DNA of 63,589 nucleotides, the filler included, from Squatina squatina (taxonomy: Eukaryota), in the NCBI GenBank assembly GCA_031763465.1. It is 3 parts of 3 records of this genome, joined end to end, with 100 filler letters (N's around TTAATTAATTAA, not from the genome) between each part and the next. Parts side by side here need not be neighbours in the genome. Positions count along the whole stretch, not along the records: positions 1 to 30,560 come from JARFOE010000222.1; positions 30,661 to 50,981 come from JARFOE010000001.1; 1 more part is not named here. The stretch is one strand, 5' to 3'. The notes below the pieces were generated by a model. The model had not been told where the DNA came from and made no database searches. It saw only the letters and a list, made by a program, of their open reading frames with translations. Below, piece after piece: positions 23,030 through 36,310 of this stretch (positions are counted from its first letter, which is position 1; every line of letters starts with the position of its first letter). Position numbers and translations under genes: made by a program.

Positions 23030-24066
23030 AATGACAGGACAGCTGATGCCCATTGCCTGTAATTCCTGCGCCATGTGGGAATTCCGGGACACTTCAGGTG
23101 CAGGAAGTGCCTCCAGCTGCTTGAGCTCCAGCTCAGAGTTTGAGCTTCAGGAATGGCTGGAATCACCGCAGGCTGAGAATTTACTGGATTGTATGTTCAG
23201 GAGGTGGTCACCTCACAGCCACACAGTGTTCGGACAGTAAGTGGGTGGTCATTCGTAGGGTAGGAAGAGGCTCTGGGAGTGTGGTGCTCACTAACCGGTT
23301 TTCAGTATTGAGGTGACCTTGAAGGAGTGGAGTCTGGAGCATGGCACCGTGGGGCAAATTATTGCACAAGAGGGCACAGCAAAGTGTAGGAATGCAGTGG
23401 CCATATAGATGATACAGTAGTCAGGAGGACAGACAGGCATGTCTGCTACCACATGCGGTATTGCTCCCTGGTGCCAGGATCAAGGACATTCCTAAGAGGG
23501 TGCAGGACATTTTGAAGCCAGAAGTCATGGGAGGGTGAAGGTGAACAGCCAGAAGTTGTGGTCCATGTGGGAACCAATGGCACAGGAAGGAACAGGGTTG
23601 AAGTCCCACAGACAGAGGTTCAGGAGCTAGGGAGGAAGTTTAAAAAGCAGGACCCCAAAGGTAGTAATCTCTGGATTACTCCAATGACACGCGCTGGTGA
23701 GGTATACAAATAGTGGGATAAGATGGTTTACCATGTGGCGGGAGAAATGGTACAGGAGGGAGTGCTTCAGATTTCTGGGGCATTGGGACCAGTTGTGGGA
23801 CAGGAAGGACCTGCTCAACTTGGAGGGTTGCACTTTGACTGAACTGGGAGCAATTTCCTCTTGGGGAGTTTAACGAGTGGAGTGGGAGGGGTTAAACTAA
23901 AGCGCAGGGGAAGGCACTGTGTGAAACATGAGAGAGGAGAAACAGGGTGCATAGAAGACTGGGAGGAAAAAAAATAGAACTAGAGTGAAGAATAGTTCAG
24001 AAATAGGAGGGATCAGACAGGAGACAAGTACAAGGCAGTAGTGCATGTATGTCAATGCATGCAGTG
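23030..24066 (+). mobile_element. CR1 LINE 5' part: degenerate ORF1 (Zn-finger plus SGNH esterase) and start of ORF2
   Basis: CNSCAMWE zinc-finger start; esterase blocks (L)PGARIKD, VVHVGTN, VVISGLL and (E)GLH; ORF2 start CMYVNA(R)S just before the gap. Confidence 0.75.
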
Positions 24067-24361
24067 NNNNNNNNNNNNNNNNNNNNNNNNNNNNNNNNNN
24101 NNNNNNNNNNNNNNNNNNNNNNNNNNNNNNNNNNNNNNNNNNNNNNNNNNNNNNNNNNNNNNNNNNCTGCGAGGAGCACAGAGATGTCTCTGACCCCACT
24201 TTATCACAACGCTAATCTTAACCATCTTATTCACATCCTTCCTTGAAAATGCAGGGTGCAAGGGATTTCTTGACAGAGTGCTGTGCGCATCAGTTCTGAC
24301 CGTGGTCCTGTTTTAAGCCGACAGCTTGACGGTACTTTCCATGAAAGGCAGTAATATGGGA

Positions 24362-24568
24362 CTAGCTGCTGTCCTTTGAGTCCTCCAAAAAAGATGTGGC
24401 AGTGTATGTTGTAGGTAGCCCTTGCCCAGCTGCTCTGACGCCCGGAGCCACTTGCCTGGTGCACCCGGTACAGATGTACTCCTCATTCTCTGCCATCTCA
24501 GAAGAGACACCCACACAGACCTGGTGGAACCATTCGTCACAGCCTCCATCGCACTGCACCCAGTCAAC
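24362..24568 (-). CDS. KDM5A: KDM5A last coding exon (second half of PHD3, with stop codon)
   Basis: gtgctgcag|[36 protein letters not shown]...FLEDSKDSS* matches the KDM5A PHD3 and C-terminus. Confidence 0.92.
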   Translation of the reverse strand, partial: VDWVQCDGGCDEWFHQVCVGVSSEMAENEEYICTGCTRQVAPGVRAAGQGLPTTYTATSFLEDSKDSS

Positions 24569-26171
24569 CTGCAGCACACAAACCCAGTAAATGTTACTCT
24601 CAAAAGACTTGGCTTTTCTGTCATACAACACACAAGTTGTGCTGCCCAATAATTTCAACAGGAAGCAAAACAACAACAGGAATGTAGTGCAGGCAGACTG
24701 TGTGCATGTTGCACGTGATGAAACGAATTGAAGAAACATGCTCACAGCAGATCTAACCCACTGTCACTTGCACCAAAAAGGACTTTTAAAATTGAGTCTG
24801 ATACGAACCAGGCTTTAAGAAATGTGTCACATGTCTAGTCCGCCATAAAAAAAAGCCATCACCTTCATCGTACATGTCAACCAACGGTGTTGCACAGGTC
24901 TGGGCTAGGCATCAGTGTTTGCCAACAACATTCAGTTCAGAATGATCCGCGCTCCCCTCAATGCGACTCCTATTGAGTCCCAATAGTAATGGAGTAATTC
25001 CAACCACTGTATACTGTGTTTACGATTCTTACAAGGCCAGGAGTTCCTGATGACTGTACGCAGTGCTTCATAAGCAGACGTCAGATAGGACATGAAAGAG
25101 AGCGCTGGAATGGATGGCAGTGAAGGGAAGAGGCAAAGGGATAGAAGTTGAAAGCATTGCTGGGGGTTGGGGGGCGAGTGGAAGAATATAGCTGCTTGAA
25201 TTGGAAGAGAGTCTCAGAGGGTGAGGAGGTGAATGGAGTACAATGTCTGTGAACTAGGTCCAGCAAAGGTAGAATACCTCTGTGAACTGAGGCAAAGTAG
25301 TTAGACGCAGGAATGTGACTGTGACAGTAACTATTGGGTAAATGATAGTGTGGTTAAGCTATTGAAAATAAAATCCACTGTTTTTCCTTTGAAGATAAAA
25401 AATTTAATAATTNNNNNNNNNNNNNNNNNNNNNNNNNNNNNNNNNNNNNNNNNNNNNNNNNNNNNNNNNNNNNNNNNNNNNNNNNNNNNNNNNNNNNNNN
25501 NNNNNNNNNNNNNNNNNNNNNNNNNNNNNNNNNNNNNNNNNNNNNNNNNNNNNNNNNNNNNNNNNNNNNNNNNNNNNNNNNNNNNNNNNNNNNNNNNNNN
25601 NNNNNNNNNNNNNNNNNNNNNNNNNNNNNNNNNNNNNNNNNNNNNNNNNNNNNNNNNNNNNNNNNNNNNNNNNNNNNNNNNNNNNNNNNNNNNNNNNNNN
25701 NNNNNNNNNNNNNNNNNNNNNNNNNNNNNNNNNNNNNNNNNNNNNNNNNNNNNNNNNNNNNNNNNNNNNNNNNNNNNNNNNNNNNNNNNNNNNNNNNNNN
25801 NNNNNNNNNNNNNNNNNNNNNNNNNNNNNNNNNNNNNNNNNNNNNNNNNNNNNNNNNNNNNNNNNNNNNNNAAATTAATATAAATAATTAGTTTTTCACC
25901 CATTAATAATCTACTCAAATATCAAGTTCACTAGATCTGAACAGACAAAAGTCCAATCGTGCTGTGACATGACCAACAAACATACTGCTCCCAGTTGTAA
26001 AAGGAGTCTAAGTAACAGACCAGTGTCTGTTTTAGTGAAGGTGCTTGATAAATTACTAAGACTGCTACAGGCAAGGAACTAAGCCACAGGCAGATTAAAG
26101 CACAATGTGACTTGCTCCTGGCTCTAACCAGCACTGGTTGCCACTGGTGCTGCAATATCGTAACTGCTCAC

Positions 26172-26345
26172 CTCTTCTCCACATGGCCGCTGACAGTTCA
26201 ACGCAGCACAAACAGCATTTTCATCCTCTGAGTCCTCTGCTGCAGACCAGTCCTCCCGAGCTGGTAAAATCACTTTCTTTTCTTTCTTCTTTTCTACCAT
26301 TCTCTCGCCACACTCTTTGGATTTCTCTTTTTTCTTCTTCTCTCT
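26172..26345 (-). CDS. KDM5A: KDM5A penultimate exon, 3' portion only (5' part replaced by foreign sequence)
   Basis: [58 protein letters not shown]|gtgagc splices in phase 0 to VDWVQC at 24568, completing PHD3. An in-frame TAG at 26348-26346 marks the break. Confidence 0.88.
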
Positions 26346-26364
26346 CTATCCCGTCTCATCCATT

Positions 26365-26564
26365 ATGGCTGCTTCCAAGGCGGAGTCTCAAAAGGTCTTT
26401 GAGAAACTCAAGACCAAACCCGCAAACAAGGCACGAGTTGCCCCTCCTTCCTTGAAAACAATACCTGCTAATTGCTTTGCGTTAGGCCTGCTTCGATTGC
26501 GGTACCAAGAATCCTACCTGGTCGTCGGTGCCTTTGGGTATTTACTTATGTCTGGACTGTTCGG
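26365..26564 (+). CDS. GLO3: Fungal-type ArfGAP (Glo3/ARFGAP2-3 family) 5' end; exons 26365-26430 and 26486-26564+
   Basis: MAASKAESQKVFEKLKTKPANK | 55-nt intron (gcacga...gctaat...ttag) | ACFDCGTKNPTWSSVPLGIYLCLDCS. It has the ArfGAP CxxC-x16-CxxC finger. Intron size, branch site and NPTWSSVP are ascomycete-like. Confidence 0.8.
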
Positions 26565-27569
26565 NNNNNNNNNNNNNNNNNNNNNNNNNNNNNNNNNNNN
26601 NNNNNNNNNNNNNNNNNNNNNNNNNNNNNNNNNNNNNNNNNNNNNNNNNNNNNNNNNNNNNNNNNNNNNNNNNNNNNNNNNNNNNNNNNNNNNNNNNNNN
26701 NNNNNNNNNNNNNNNNNNNNNNNNNNNNNNNNNNNNNNNNNNNNNNNNNNNNNNNNNNNNNNNNNNNNNNNNNNNNNNNNNNNNNNNNNNNNNNNNNNNN
26801 NNNNNNNNNNNNNNNNNNNNNNNNNNNNNNNNNNNNNNNNNNNNNNNNNNNNNNNNNNNNNNNNNNNNNNNNNNNNNNNNNNNNNNNNNNNNNNNNNNNN
26901 NNNNNNNNNNNNNNNNNNNNNNNNNNNNNNNNNNNNNNNNNNNNNNNNNNNNNNNNNNNNNNNNNNNNNNNNNNNNNNNNNNNNNNNNNNNNNNNNNNNN
27001 NNNNNNNNNNNNNNNNNNNNNNNNNNNNNNNNNNNNNNNNNNNNNNNNNNNNNNNNNNNNNNNNNNNNNNNNNNNNNNNNNNNNNNNNNNNNNNNNNNNN
27101 NNNNNNNNNNNNNNNNNNNNNNNNNNNNNNNNNNNNNNNNNNNNNNNNNNNNNNNNNNNNNNNNNNNNNNNNNNNNNNNNNNNNNNNNNNNNNNNNNNNN
27201 NNNNNNNNNNNNNNNNNNNNNNNNNNNNNNNNNNNNNNNNNNNNNNGGGTGGAAAAAGCTCCCAGACATTTCTTACTCCTGACTTCCTTTTTAAACTTGT
27301 GTCTCCTGGTATTTGAATGATTTCTCATAATAAACAATTTTCCTTGTTAATCTCAAAACCTTTAATCAGATGATCATGAAGCCCAACCTCCTTAAACTTG
27401 CCTTGTATATGGAGATATTTTACTGCCTGTGTCATACCCCTCAGAGGCTTGGCCAGAAACAACTTATTTCCACAGTGCGAAGATGATAAAGGACTGCCCA
27501 TCTTTCCTCTACAAGAAAGCTGAAGGGATAGAGAGAAAGGAAAATCAGGAAAAGGATCATAGGAGATAC

Positions 27570-27790
27570 CTCTAATATCTGCAGAAATCTGTCCTCAGCA
27601 GGAAGGTGTGTAGCCTGCAGTATTCTCCAAATGTGCTGTGTCTCATCTAGGGATACTTCCAGAAGATCTCCCACCATCATCAGCTCCTCCAGCTGAACCT
27701 TTGCGCTGTGTGACAACTCCAGGACAGGGGGCTCCAAGCTTCGCGGCACCAATGGCGTCTTACGGGGTTGTTTCCGAGGAGTTCCTGTAC
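27570..27790 (-). CDS. KDM5A: KDM5A internal exon, 221 bp
   Basis: ttctcccag|..[73 protein letters not shown]|gtatct. Confidence 0.92.
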
Positions 27791-28464
27791 CTGGGAGAAT
27801 ATATAAGTTAACAAGTGGTATCTGTCAACTATATAGTCAGTGAGCAGCATGTCAACCACGAAGGTTACTTTGATTTGATTTTAAAGATAACCTTGTAATA
27901 GCAATGAGCAATTGCATGTCTAAGCCATACTCGGATTAGAAACTGGACACTCCACCCCCCACAAGATCCTGCCCCCCGCCCAAATCTTTTCCCGGCACCT
28001 CGCTACTCCCGAGATCCGGCAGCCTATCCCACCCCCGAAGAATTGGCATAGTCAAGCCTATTATGGGTATGAATATGGGCAGCAGAAAGGCTTAGGTAGG
28101 GGCAGAGGTGATGTTATAGAGATGGAAATAGGCAGTCTCTGTGCTGGAGAGGATTCAGGGTTGGAATCTTGGTTCTGGTTGAACAGGGAACAGAAATTGC
28201 CAACAGTCTACTTCAGACTGAGACAGTGGCCGGTGCAAAGATAGAGTTTTTGCAGAGGCTGAAGATAATGGTTTCAGTCTTCACAATATTTAGCTGAAGA
28301 AACTATGGCTCACGTGACATTGGGCATCAGAGAAACAGTCTGACAACAGAGGCAGTGGAGGGGCNNNNNNNNNNNNNNNNNNNNNNNNNNNNNNNNNNNN
28401 NNNNNNNNNNNNNNNNNNNNNNNNNNNNNNNNNNNNNNNNNNNNNNNNNNNNNNNNNNNNNNNN

Positions 28465-28635
28465 AGCCCCCTAAGAATCTTATATGTTTCAATAAGATCT
28501 CCTCTCATTCTTCTAAACTCCAATGAGTAGAGTCCCAACCTTTCCTCATAGGATAATCCCTCCATACCGGGATTGTACCTTGTCGAATGCCTTCTGGAAA
28601 TCCAAATACAATACATCTACTGGTTCCCCTCTATC
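28465..28635 (-). mobile_element. CR1 RT fragments (internally deleted)
   Basis: VDVLYLDFQKAFDKV is joined directly to PGMEGLSYEERLGLYSLEFRRMRGDLIETYKILRG. Confidence 0.75.
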
Positions 28636-29293
28636 CAATCGAAGCTAACTGCATCACCCAAAATGCTGTGAAAAAAACTTCAACTGTAATTTTTGCCATT
28701 TGCAACTGATATTTTTAAGGTCTATTATTTTATGCATAGTAAAGTTTTTCAATTACCTTTTTCACAGCAACAAATATCTGCATCGAATTGTGTTCCCTGT
28801 ATTTTAATACCCTCAGTGTAGTTTTTGCTTGAAAGCCTCAGCCCTTCCCAAAACTCTGAACTTTGACTGGAAATGTTCCCTCAGTAGAACTGTTTAGAAC
28901 TTCCAAAAGTATCTCTGCATTCAGAGCATCTGCACTTGGTTCATCAACAAATTGTATCAGCTGGGCAATTTCTTCCATTGTTATACAATATGCTGATCAC
29001 TCAATGACTAAGAGCTCAAATTGAACCAAGACATGGCTAAGACCTGCAGACAAACTTAGTTACTATTGACACGATGTAACACATGAATTCACTGAGGTGT
29101 TGAGGTGAATGTATACAACTCAACATCCCAGTAGACTTGCTAATCTTGCAGATTCATTACACTAACTGACATGAATCACATTAAGTGCGTGCACTGGAAA
29201 GATAGGGGCTGGAGCCTGCAATTTACTAATCTCTATCGCTCATAGATGAAGCAGATTAAGGTTTGCTTTGCAGCAGTTATTCCCAATGCATCA

Positions 29294-29974
<681 letters not shown>

Positions 29975-30067
29975 TCACAAATGTTTCTGCATTAAGAACG
30001 TAATTAAACATCAGATAAATGAAGCATCTTGGCTGTCAATTCTAGTCACAAAAATAAATTAGTCTAC

Positions 30068-30225
30068 TGGGGACTCGGTGGTGCACTGGATCAACAGAAG
30101 GTCAATTCACCTCTGGGATATGGATATAAATCTGCACCACGTTGATGAGATGAAAGCTTCATCTTCCTGCAAATCTATAAAGTTCCTGCATAGAATGAGT
30201 CTGGTAGTCTCAACCCTGTTAGCCA
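30068..30225 (+). mobile_element. Degenerate tRNA-derived SINE with an LF-SINE-like 5' half
   Basis: ggggact...ttcacctctggg...aaatc...gaaag...gaatgagtctggtagtctca resembles the recalled LF-SINE consensus (GGGGACT...TTCACCTCTAGG...GAAATGAGTTGGTGGGTCTCA). Confidence 0.45.
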
Positions 30226-30560
30226 TAACTTGACACAGACTGCTATTTTTACTCAGTCCATAAAGACGGTTGGTGTGAGAAATGGGAATATTCCACTAGA
30301 TTGTTGAATAAGGGTTGAAGGAAAGAGGATAAACAGATATGGGAATAGTATAGGCAAGGAGGATTAGGACTACTGCTTACATGGTGGACAAACACCAAGA
30401 CGAACTGGTTGGGCCAAAAGCTTGTTTCCTTATTGCAATCAATTCAGTGTAATGAAATTCACACTGGTGCAGTAGGAGGGGCCTTTATGCGTTGAGCAAA
30501 ATAAATAGCGTTTTATTCTATAACTGCATCTGATCTGAAAGCATTGATGCTAACAGTGGG

Positions 30561-30660
30561 NNNNNNNNNNNNNNNNNNNNNNNNNNNNNNNNNNNNNNNN
30601 NNNNTTAATTAATTAANNNNNNNNNNNNNNNNNNNNNNNNNNNNNNNNNNNNNNNNNNNN
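30561..30660. other. Artificial scaffold linker N44-TTAATTAATTAA-N44
   Basis: A 12-mer with stop codons in all six frames, centred in a 100-bp gap. The identical construct occurs at 50982-51081. Confidence 0.95.
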
Positions 30661-33600
30661 ATATCACCAGAGCCTTGCATGAAGAAATCCAAATAAATAA
30701 ATGCACAGGCATTGCTGTAATGCAACAGGGTTAGGCCTCAAAGATTAATAATAAGCACAAAATCAACATTTTAATTAAGTATTCATCAAGTGCAAAGAAG
30801 TAAAAATTATTTTAATAAAAGAAAATAAATGACCAAATTATTATTATTTTGACCGAAATCCGGATTATCTCAAGCTGTTAAAACAAAGATTATTGATTTG
30901 TTCCAGTTGGGTGTTTTACCGTTATATGAAGCATACTGTGCTAAAAATGACAATAGGATTGGAGAAAGGCTGGCAGAGCTTTCTACAGTTTGAACCTTTT
31001 TGGTTTTGCTAATTCATTCCTAATTCTTCATTTCAGGATCACTGGAGTCTACCATGTAGAAGAAATAGGAACTATAAACCTAAATTACAGTCGATCAGAT
31101 TTTATTCACAGCTGAACTGCTAGACAAATTGCAGCTCATAAAATTTGCCATGGGTCACAAGACTGAGTAATTTCATTTTAATCAGTCTTATTTGAACCAG
31201 AAATAGAATTGTGCAGCTGACTGCATTGCCTAAATCCCTGCTATGCAGCAGAGTCGGGGGATGCTTTATGTGAGCAGCTTTAATACATCTTCTGGTATCG
31301 TGCAATTCTAATGAAGTGAGATGCTTTTTATAATTCAATAATTATAGTCCATATATGCACAGAAGATCAATGTATATGNNNNNNNNNNNNNNNNNNNNNN
31401 NNNNNNNNNNNNNNNNNNNNNNNNNNNNNNNNNNNNNNNNNNNNNNNNNNNNNNNNNNNNNNNNNNNNNNNNNNNNNNNNNNNNNNNNNNNNNNNNNNNN
31501 NNNNNNNNNNNNNNNNNNNNNNNNNNNNNNNNNNNNNNNNNNNNNNNNNNNNNNNNNNNNNNNNNNNNNNNNNNNNNNNNNNNNNNNNNNNNNNNNNNNN
31601 NNNNNNNNNNNNNNNNNNNNNNNNNNNNNNNNNNNNNNNNNNNNNNNNNNNNNNNNNNNNNNNNNNNNNNNNNNNNNNNNNNNNNNNNNNNNNNNNNNNN
31701 NNNNNNNNNNNNNNNNNNNNNNNNNNNNNNNNNNNNNNNNNNNNNNNNNNNNNGTAATCTTGAAAATCTAGGTTTCTTGTATAAAGACTGCTGATTATTA
31801 ATTCTAATCTTTACCTACCACTGTGATGAAAGCCATGTGCAAATCCTGCCTGTATCAAAGGATTGTTCTGGAGACAATGGATTAATCCTGCTTTTTTGCC
31901 GTAGCACTGATGAATACTTCTGGGTTCCAGCTACTCAGCCCACACATCTTTTCAAATAAAAAAAAAGCTCTGTTGAGAGCCTTTTTTGGACTTGACTATT
32001 CTTAAGAGATTGCTGTTCTATATTTATTTGAACTTAATATAATAACTAGGTTCATCTGGACTTAAACAGACACATGAAAATGCATATATATTCATTAAAA
32101 AAATAGGTTATACTGAGTATTAGTAATAAACTGGTATGAATATTTAAGTAGAAGTGCTTTAAAACACTATTCAAATCAGGACTGGAGTTGTTCCAACAAC
32201 ATGGGGAGTGCAGGCACAGGCTTAGTTTAAGTCCATCAATGCACTGATCTTTAAAGCTTTAATACCAAAGTGATTTATTAATTTTGCACCAGCTTTGAAT
32301 CCATAGCACATTTTGCTAGTGGTCCACCCTTAATGGTCACATGCACACCTTTTGGCAGAAGCTGATATTCCTACCGTATGTATTTTACCATTTCTTCCAT
32401 AGATTATCTGTAAGACTCAAAATAAGGCCAATGTTGAGCGCCTCATACAAAACATTACTTTCAATTGTTGCAATTTAAACAAAGGGCTTAAATCCAGGAA
32501 TTGGATGTGAATCCACCTCTTTGGACTTAGAGGCAAGAATGCTATCAGCTGACCAACATTGGATAGGCAAATGTCTTAGGGGTGAAGAAGGATCCCCAGT
32601 CTGAATGCTTACCTCACTGAAATTTATTTATGGTAGTGGAAAGATGATTGTAAAGGTCAAGGAAACTCTGTGCTAGGCAGATAGGTATAGATTCATAGGT
32701 TCCTCCCTGGCTTCTGATGGTTTTGTTTTAATATCTTGTTTATAAGACCATTCACTCCACAGAATAAGAACATAAGAATTAGGGGCAGGAGTAGGCCACA
32801 CGGCCCCTTGAACCTGCTTCACCATTCAATACGATCATGGCATGGGAATCTCTCCTTGCTGATCTCAAAGTGGCTGATTGCATCCAAGTTTAATATTTGT
32901 TTTCAACTTTTTATTGAGCATCAACTTATTTGGTAATCACAAAATGTTAACCAGATACACAGCCCGCCATATACAACCAAATAAACCAATTCTCAATTGG
33001 TTTGCCTACTTGGTACCACGACTAAGTCTGCACCTTTTTAGAATCAGGANNNNNNNNNNNNNNNNNNNNNNNNNNNNNNNNNNNNNNNNNNNNNNNNNNN
33101 NNNNNNNNNNNNNNNNNNNNNNNNNNNNNNNNNNNNNNNNNNNNNNNNNNNNNNNNNNNNNNNNNNNNNNNNNNNNNNNNNNNNNNNNNNNNNNNNNNNN
33201 NNNNNNNNNNNNNNNNNNNNNNNNNNNNNNNNNNNNNNNNNNNNNNNNNNNNNNNNNNNNNNNNNNNNNNNNNNNNNNNNNNNNNNNNNNNNNNNNNNNN
33301 NNNNNNNNNNNNNNNNNNNNNNNNNNNNNNNNNNNNNNNNNNNNNNNNNNNNNNNNNNNNNNNNNNNNNNNNNNNNNNNNNNNNNNNNNNNNNNNNNNNN
33401 NNNNNNNNNNNNNNNNNNNNNNNNNNNNNNNNNNNNNNNNNNNNNNNNNNNNNNNNNNNNNNNNNNNNNNNNNNNNNNNNNNNNNNNNNNNNNNNNNNNN
33501 NNNNNNNNNNNNNNNNNNNNNNNNNNNNNNNNNNNNNNNNNNNNNNNNNNNNNNNNNNNNNNNNNNNNNNNNNNNNNNNNNNNNNNNNNNNNNNNNNNNN

Positions 33601-33938
33601 NNNNNNNNNNNNNNNNNNNNNNNNNNNNNNNNNNNNNNNNNNNNNNNNNNNNNNNNNNNNNNNNNNNNNNNNNNNNNNNNNNNNNNNNNNNNNNNNNNNN
33701 NNNNNNNNNNNNNNNNNNNNNNNNNNNNNNNNNNNNNNNNNNNNNNNNNNNNNNNNNNNNNNNNNNNNNNNNNNNNNNNNNNNNNNNNNNNNNNNNNNNN
33801 NNNNNNNNNNNNNNNNNNNNNNNNNNNNNNNNNNNNNNNNNNNNNNNNNNNNNNNNNNNNNNNNNNNNNNNNNNNNNNNNNNNNNNNNNNNNNNNNNNNN
33901 NNNNNNNNNNNNNNNNNNNNNNNNNNNNNNNNNNNNNN

Positions 33939-34650
33939 GTAATTTCCTTTATTTAGATTTAGGACTCTCGTTTCTGATTCAACGACTTCACTTTCCATCT
34001 TCATGAAGAATTCTAGCATGTTATGATCACTCTTCCCTAAAGGACCCCTCACAAGCAGATTGTTGATTAACCCCTTCTCATTGCACAGTACCAAGTCTGG
34101 GATAGCCTGTTCCCGAGTTGGTTCCTCAATGTATCGGTCTAAAAAAACCCATCCCATACACACTCCAGGAATTCATCCTCCAGAGTATTATTGCTAATTT
34201 GGTTTGGCCAATCTATATGTAGATTAAAGTTACCCATGATTACTATTGTAATTCCCTTATTGCATCCCTAATTTCCTGTTTAATGCCATCCCCTACATTA
34301 CCTCTACTGTTTGGAGGCCTATAGACAACTCCCACCAGTGTTTTCTGTCCCTTGATGCTTCTTAGCTCGACCCAGACTGATTCTACATCTTGATTTTCTG
34401 AGCCAATGTCCTTTCTCACTATTGCACTGATTTCATCCTTTACTAGCAACGCCACCCCACCTCCTTTCCCTTTTTGCCTGTCCTTCCTAAATATCGAAGA
34501 CCCTTGGATATTCAGCTCCCAACCTTGGTCACTCTGCAGCCACGTCTCCGTAATCGCAACTATATCATACCCGTTTACATTTACTTGCACTGTTAATTCA
34601 TCGACCTTGTTGCAAATACTTCATGCATTAAGATACGATACTTTCAGACT
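33939..34650 (-). mobile_element. CR1 LINE ORF2 APE endonuclease region (relatively young)
   Basis: GYDIVAITETWLQ...IFRKDRQKGKGGGVALLVK...VGVVYRPP...EPTREQAIPDLVLCNE...LGKSDHNML. A CR1 3' tail on the same strand lies at ~32762-32840. Confidence 0.9.
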
Positions 34651-35989
34651 CATCTTTTTAACATTTTTAAGCATCTTTACTTTTTTTTTGTATTGAAGCA
34701 ATATTTAATTATTTCATTTGGATTACTAGACACTAGTGACACAGGCAATGGAGGAAACCACAACCCAGATCATTCTGTCTTCACAGAGAAAAAGCTATTG
34801 AGCATTGACACATACCCATGAGGGGAAATTTGGAAGAAATTTACATTAAAACCTGTAGCAGAGCAGACTTATTTTGAAAGCAACAGGATTTAGAAGGTTG
34901 TTCTCTTATGTTTGTACGGAAATGTTACTGTACAATCCACAGGGTTAATCGTCATAATCTATCTTTTTGACACACAAGTTCTATATTGCAGACTGCAGTT
35001 AACTTTTTGCTTGGCTAAGAATTGCTGAATGTATGAATTAGCCAACAAACACAGTTTGATTTGCTGTATATAATACATCACCTTAATGATTAAGTTATGC
35101 AAATGTAGTAATTAGTGCTTATATTTCTCTAAACACTTGATTAAAATGCTGGGGTAGCACTTTTGCCTTTAGCTACTAATTTGACGAGATTATCTGTGTT
35201 CATTTTATTGACTGAATTTCATTAATACAGCAATACAGCTTTTTTTCCCCTTTTACATGATATTCATTAGCATAATTCTATACACTAATGGTTGCTAAGA
35301 TAAAATGGCAGTAAAAAATGTTGCTTGCACCACAAGATGCAGCAGTCGTTAGTGCTCAGCATGTTCAAGGATGTTTTACAGTTGTTCCAGCTCCGTAATA
35401 GTCTGCTGTGCTGCAAAAATATAAATCATGATAGTTTCATTGAAACTTTTTCATGCTTCTTAAAGGACAACTCAACCTTAATATTAATCATGGCTGACAC
35501 TTATTCTTACTGTTATCTGTTACCTCCCTTTTTGTACCATGCTGCTGATGTTTAACTCTGTAGGATGACAAAATAGAACTGTGAGCTTGCCAAAACGTTC
35601 AGTATCGGTGGCCATAAGCTCCTCTATGTGTTATGTTCATCCCATGGGCAAAGCCATATAATCTTAGAATCATACAGCACAGAAAGAGGCCTTTTGGCCC
35701 ATTGTGNNNNNNNNNNNNNNNNNNNNNNNNNNNNNNNNNNNNNNNNNNNNNNNNNNNNNNNNNNNNNNNNNNNNNNNNNNNNNNNNNNNNNNNNNNNNNN
35801 NNNNNNNNNNNNNNNNNNNNNNNNNNNNNNNNNNNNNNNNNNNNNNNNNNNNNNNNNNNNNNNNNNNNNNNNNNNNNNNNNNNCATTACAAGGAAGACAA
35901 GCATTTACAGATGCAACCTGAAGCCATTGTGGCGTTACTTGGGCATGGCATAGATTTGTCAGAGAGCAGTGGCTAGGGAGGCTGAGCAC

Positions 35990-36310
35990 CAAGGTGTACT
36001 TACCTTAACTGCTCGAATTAAGTTAATTATCTTCTTTTGGCATTGAGATGGAGTCCTGTTCAGCCCATTGATTGCATGTACCTCCTGGGTGATCTTCTCA
36101 TAGAGTTCCCTCACCATCTGAAGTGCCATTCTTCGCCCCATTGGCATAAAAAGCTGTGCCCGCCACCCCCCCACGAGCCTCCACTAATGCCACCAGCAAC
36201 TCCAGGCCTCACTCAGTGAAGCGCCTGGCCCTCTGTGCCCGAGCTGCAGCTTCCAGACACCTCACAAAGCAGAAAGTTAGGCTGCACATTGCCTTTAAGG
36301 GCTGGAGTGG
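35990..36310 (-). mobile_element. PIF/Harbinger transposon Myb/SANT-like gene remnant
   Basis: RARRFTE*GLELLVALVEAR...ELYEKITQEVHAINGLNRTPSQCQKKIINL follows the Myb/SANT-like trihelix pattern (F..E...L...W..IA..VN....RT..QC.KK..DL) of the Harbinger second ORF. Confidence 0.65.

Noticed and set aside
26365-26564. Host ARFGAP3 exon (would fit 22q synteny) or a nested retrogene
   Set aside because: The motifs and the 55-nt intron are fungal-type, and the segment truncates a KDM5A exon.
31820-31912. Box C/D snoRNA (GTGATGA...CTGA)
   Set aside because: No convincing terminal stem, guide sequence or host gene; these motifs are expected by chance.
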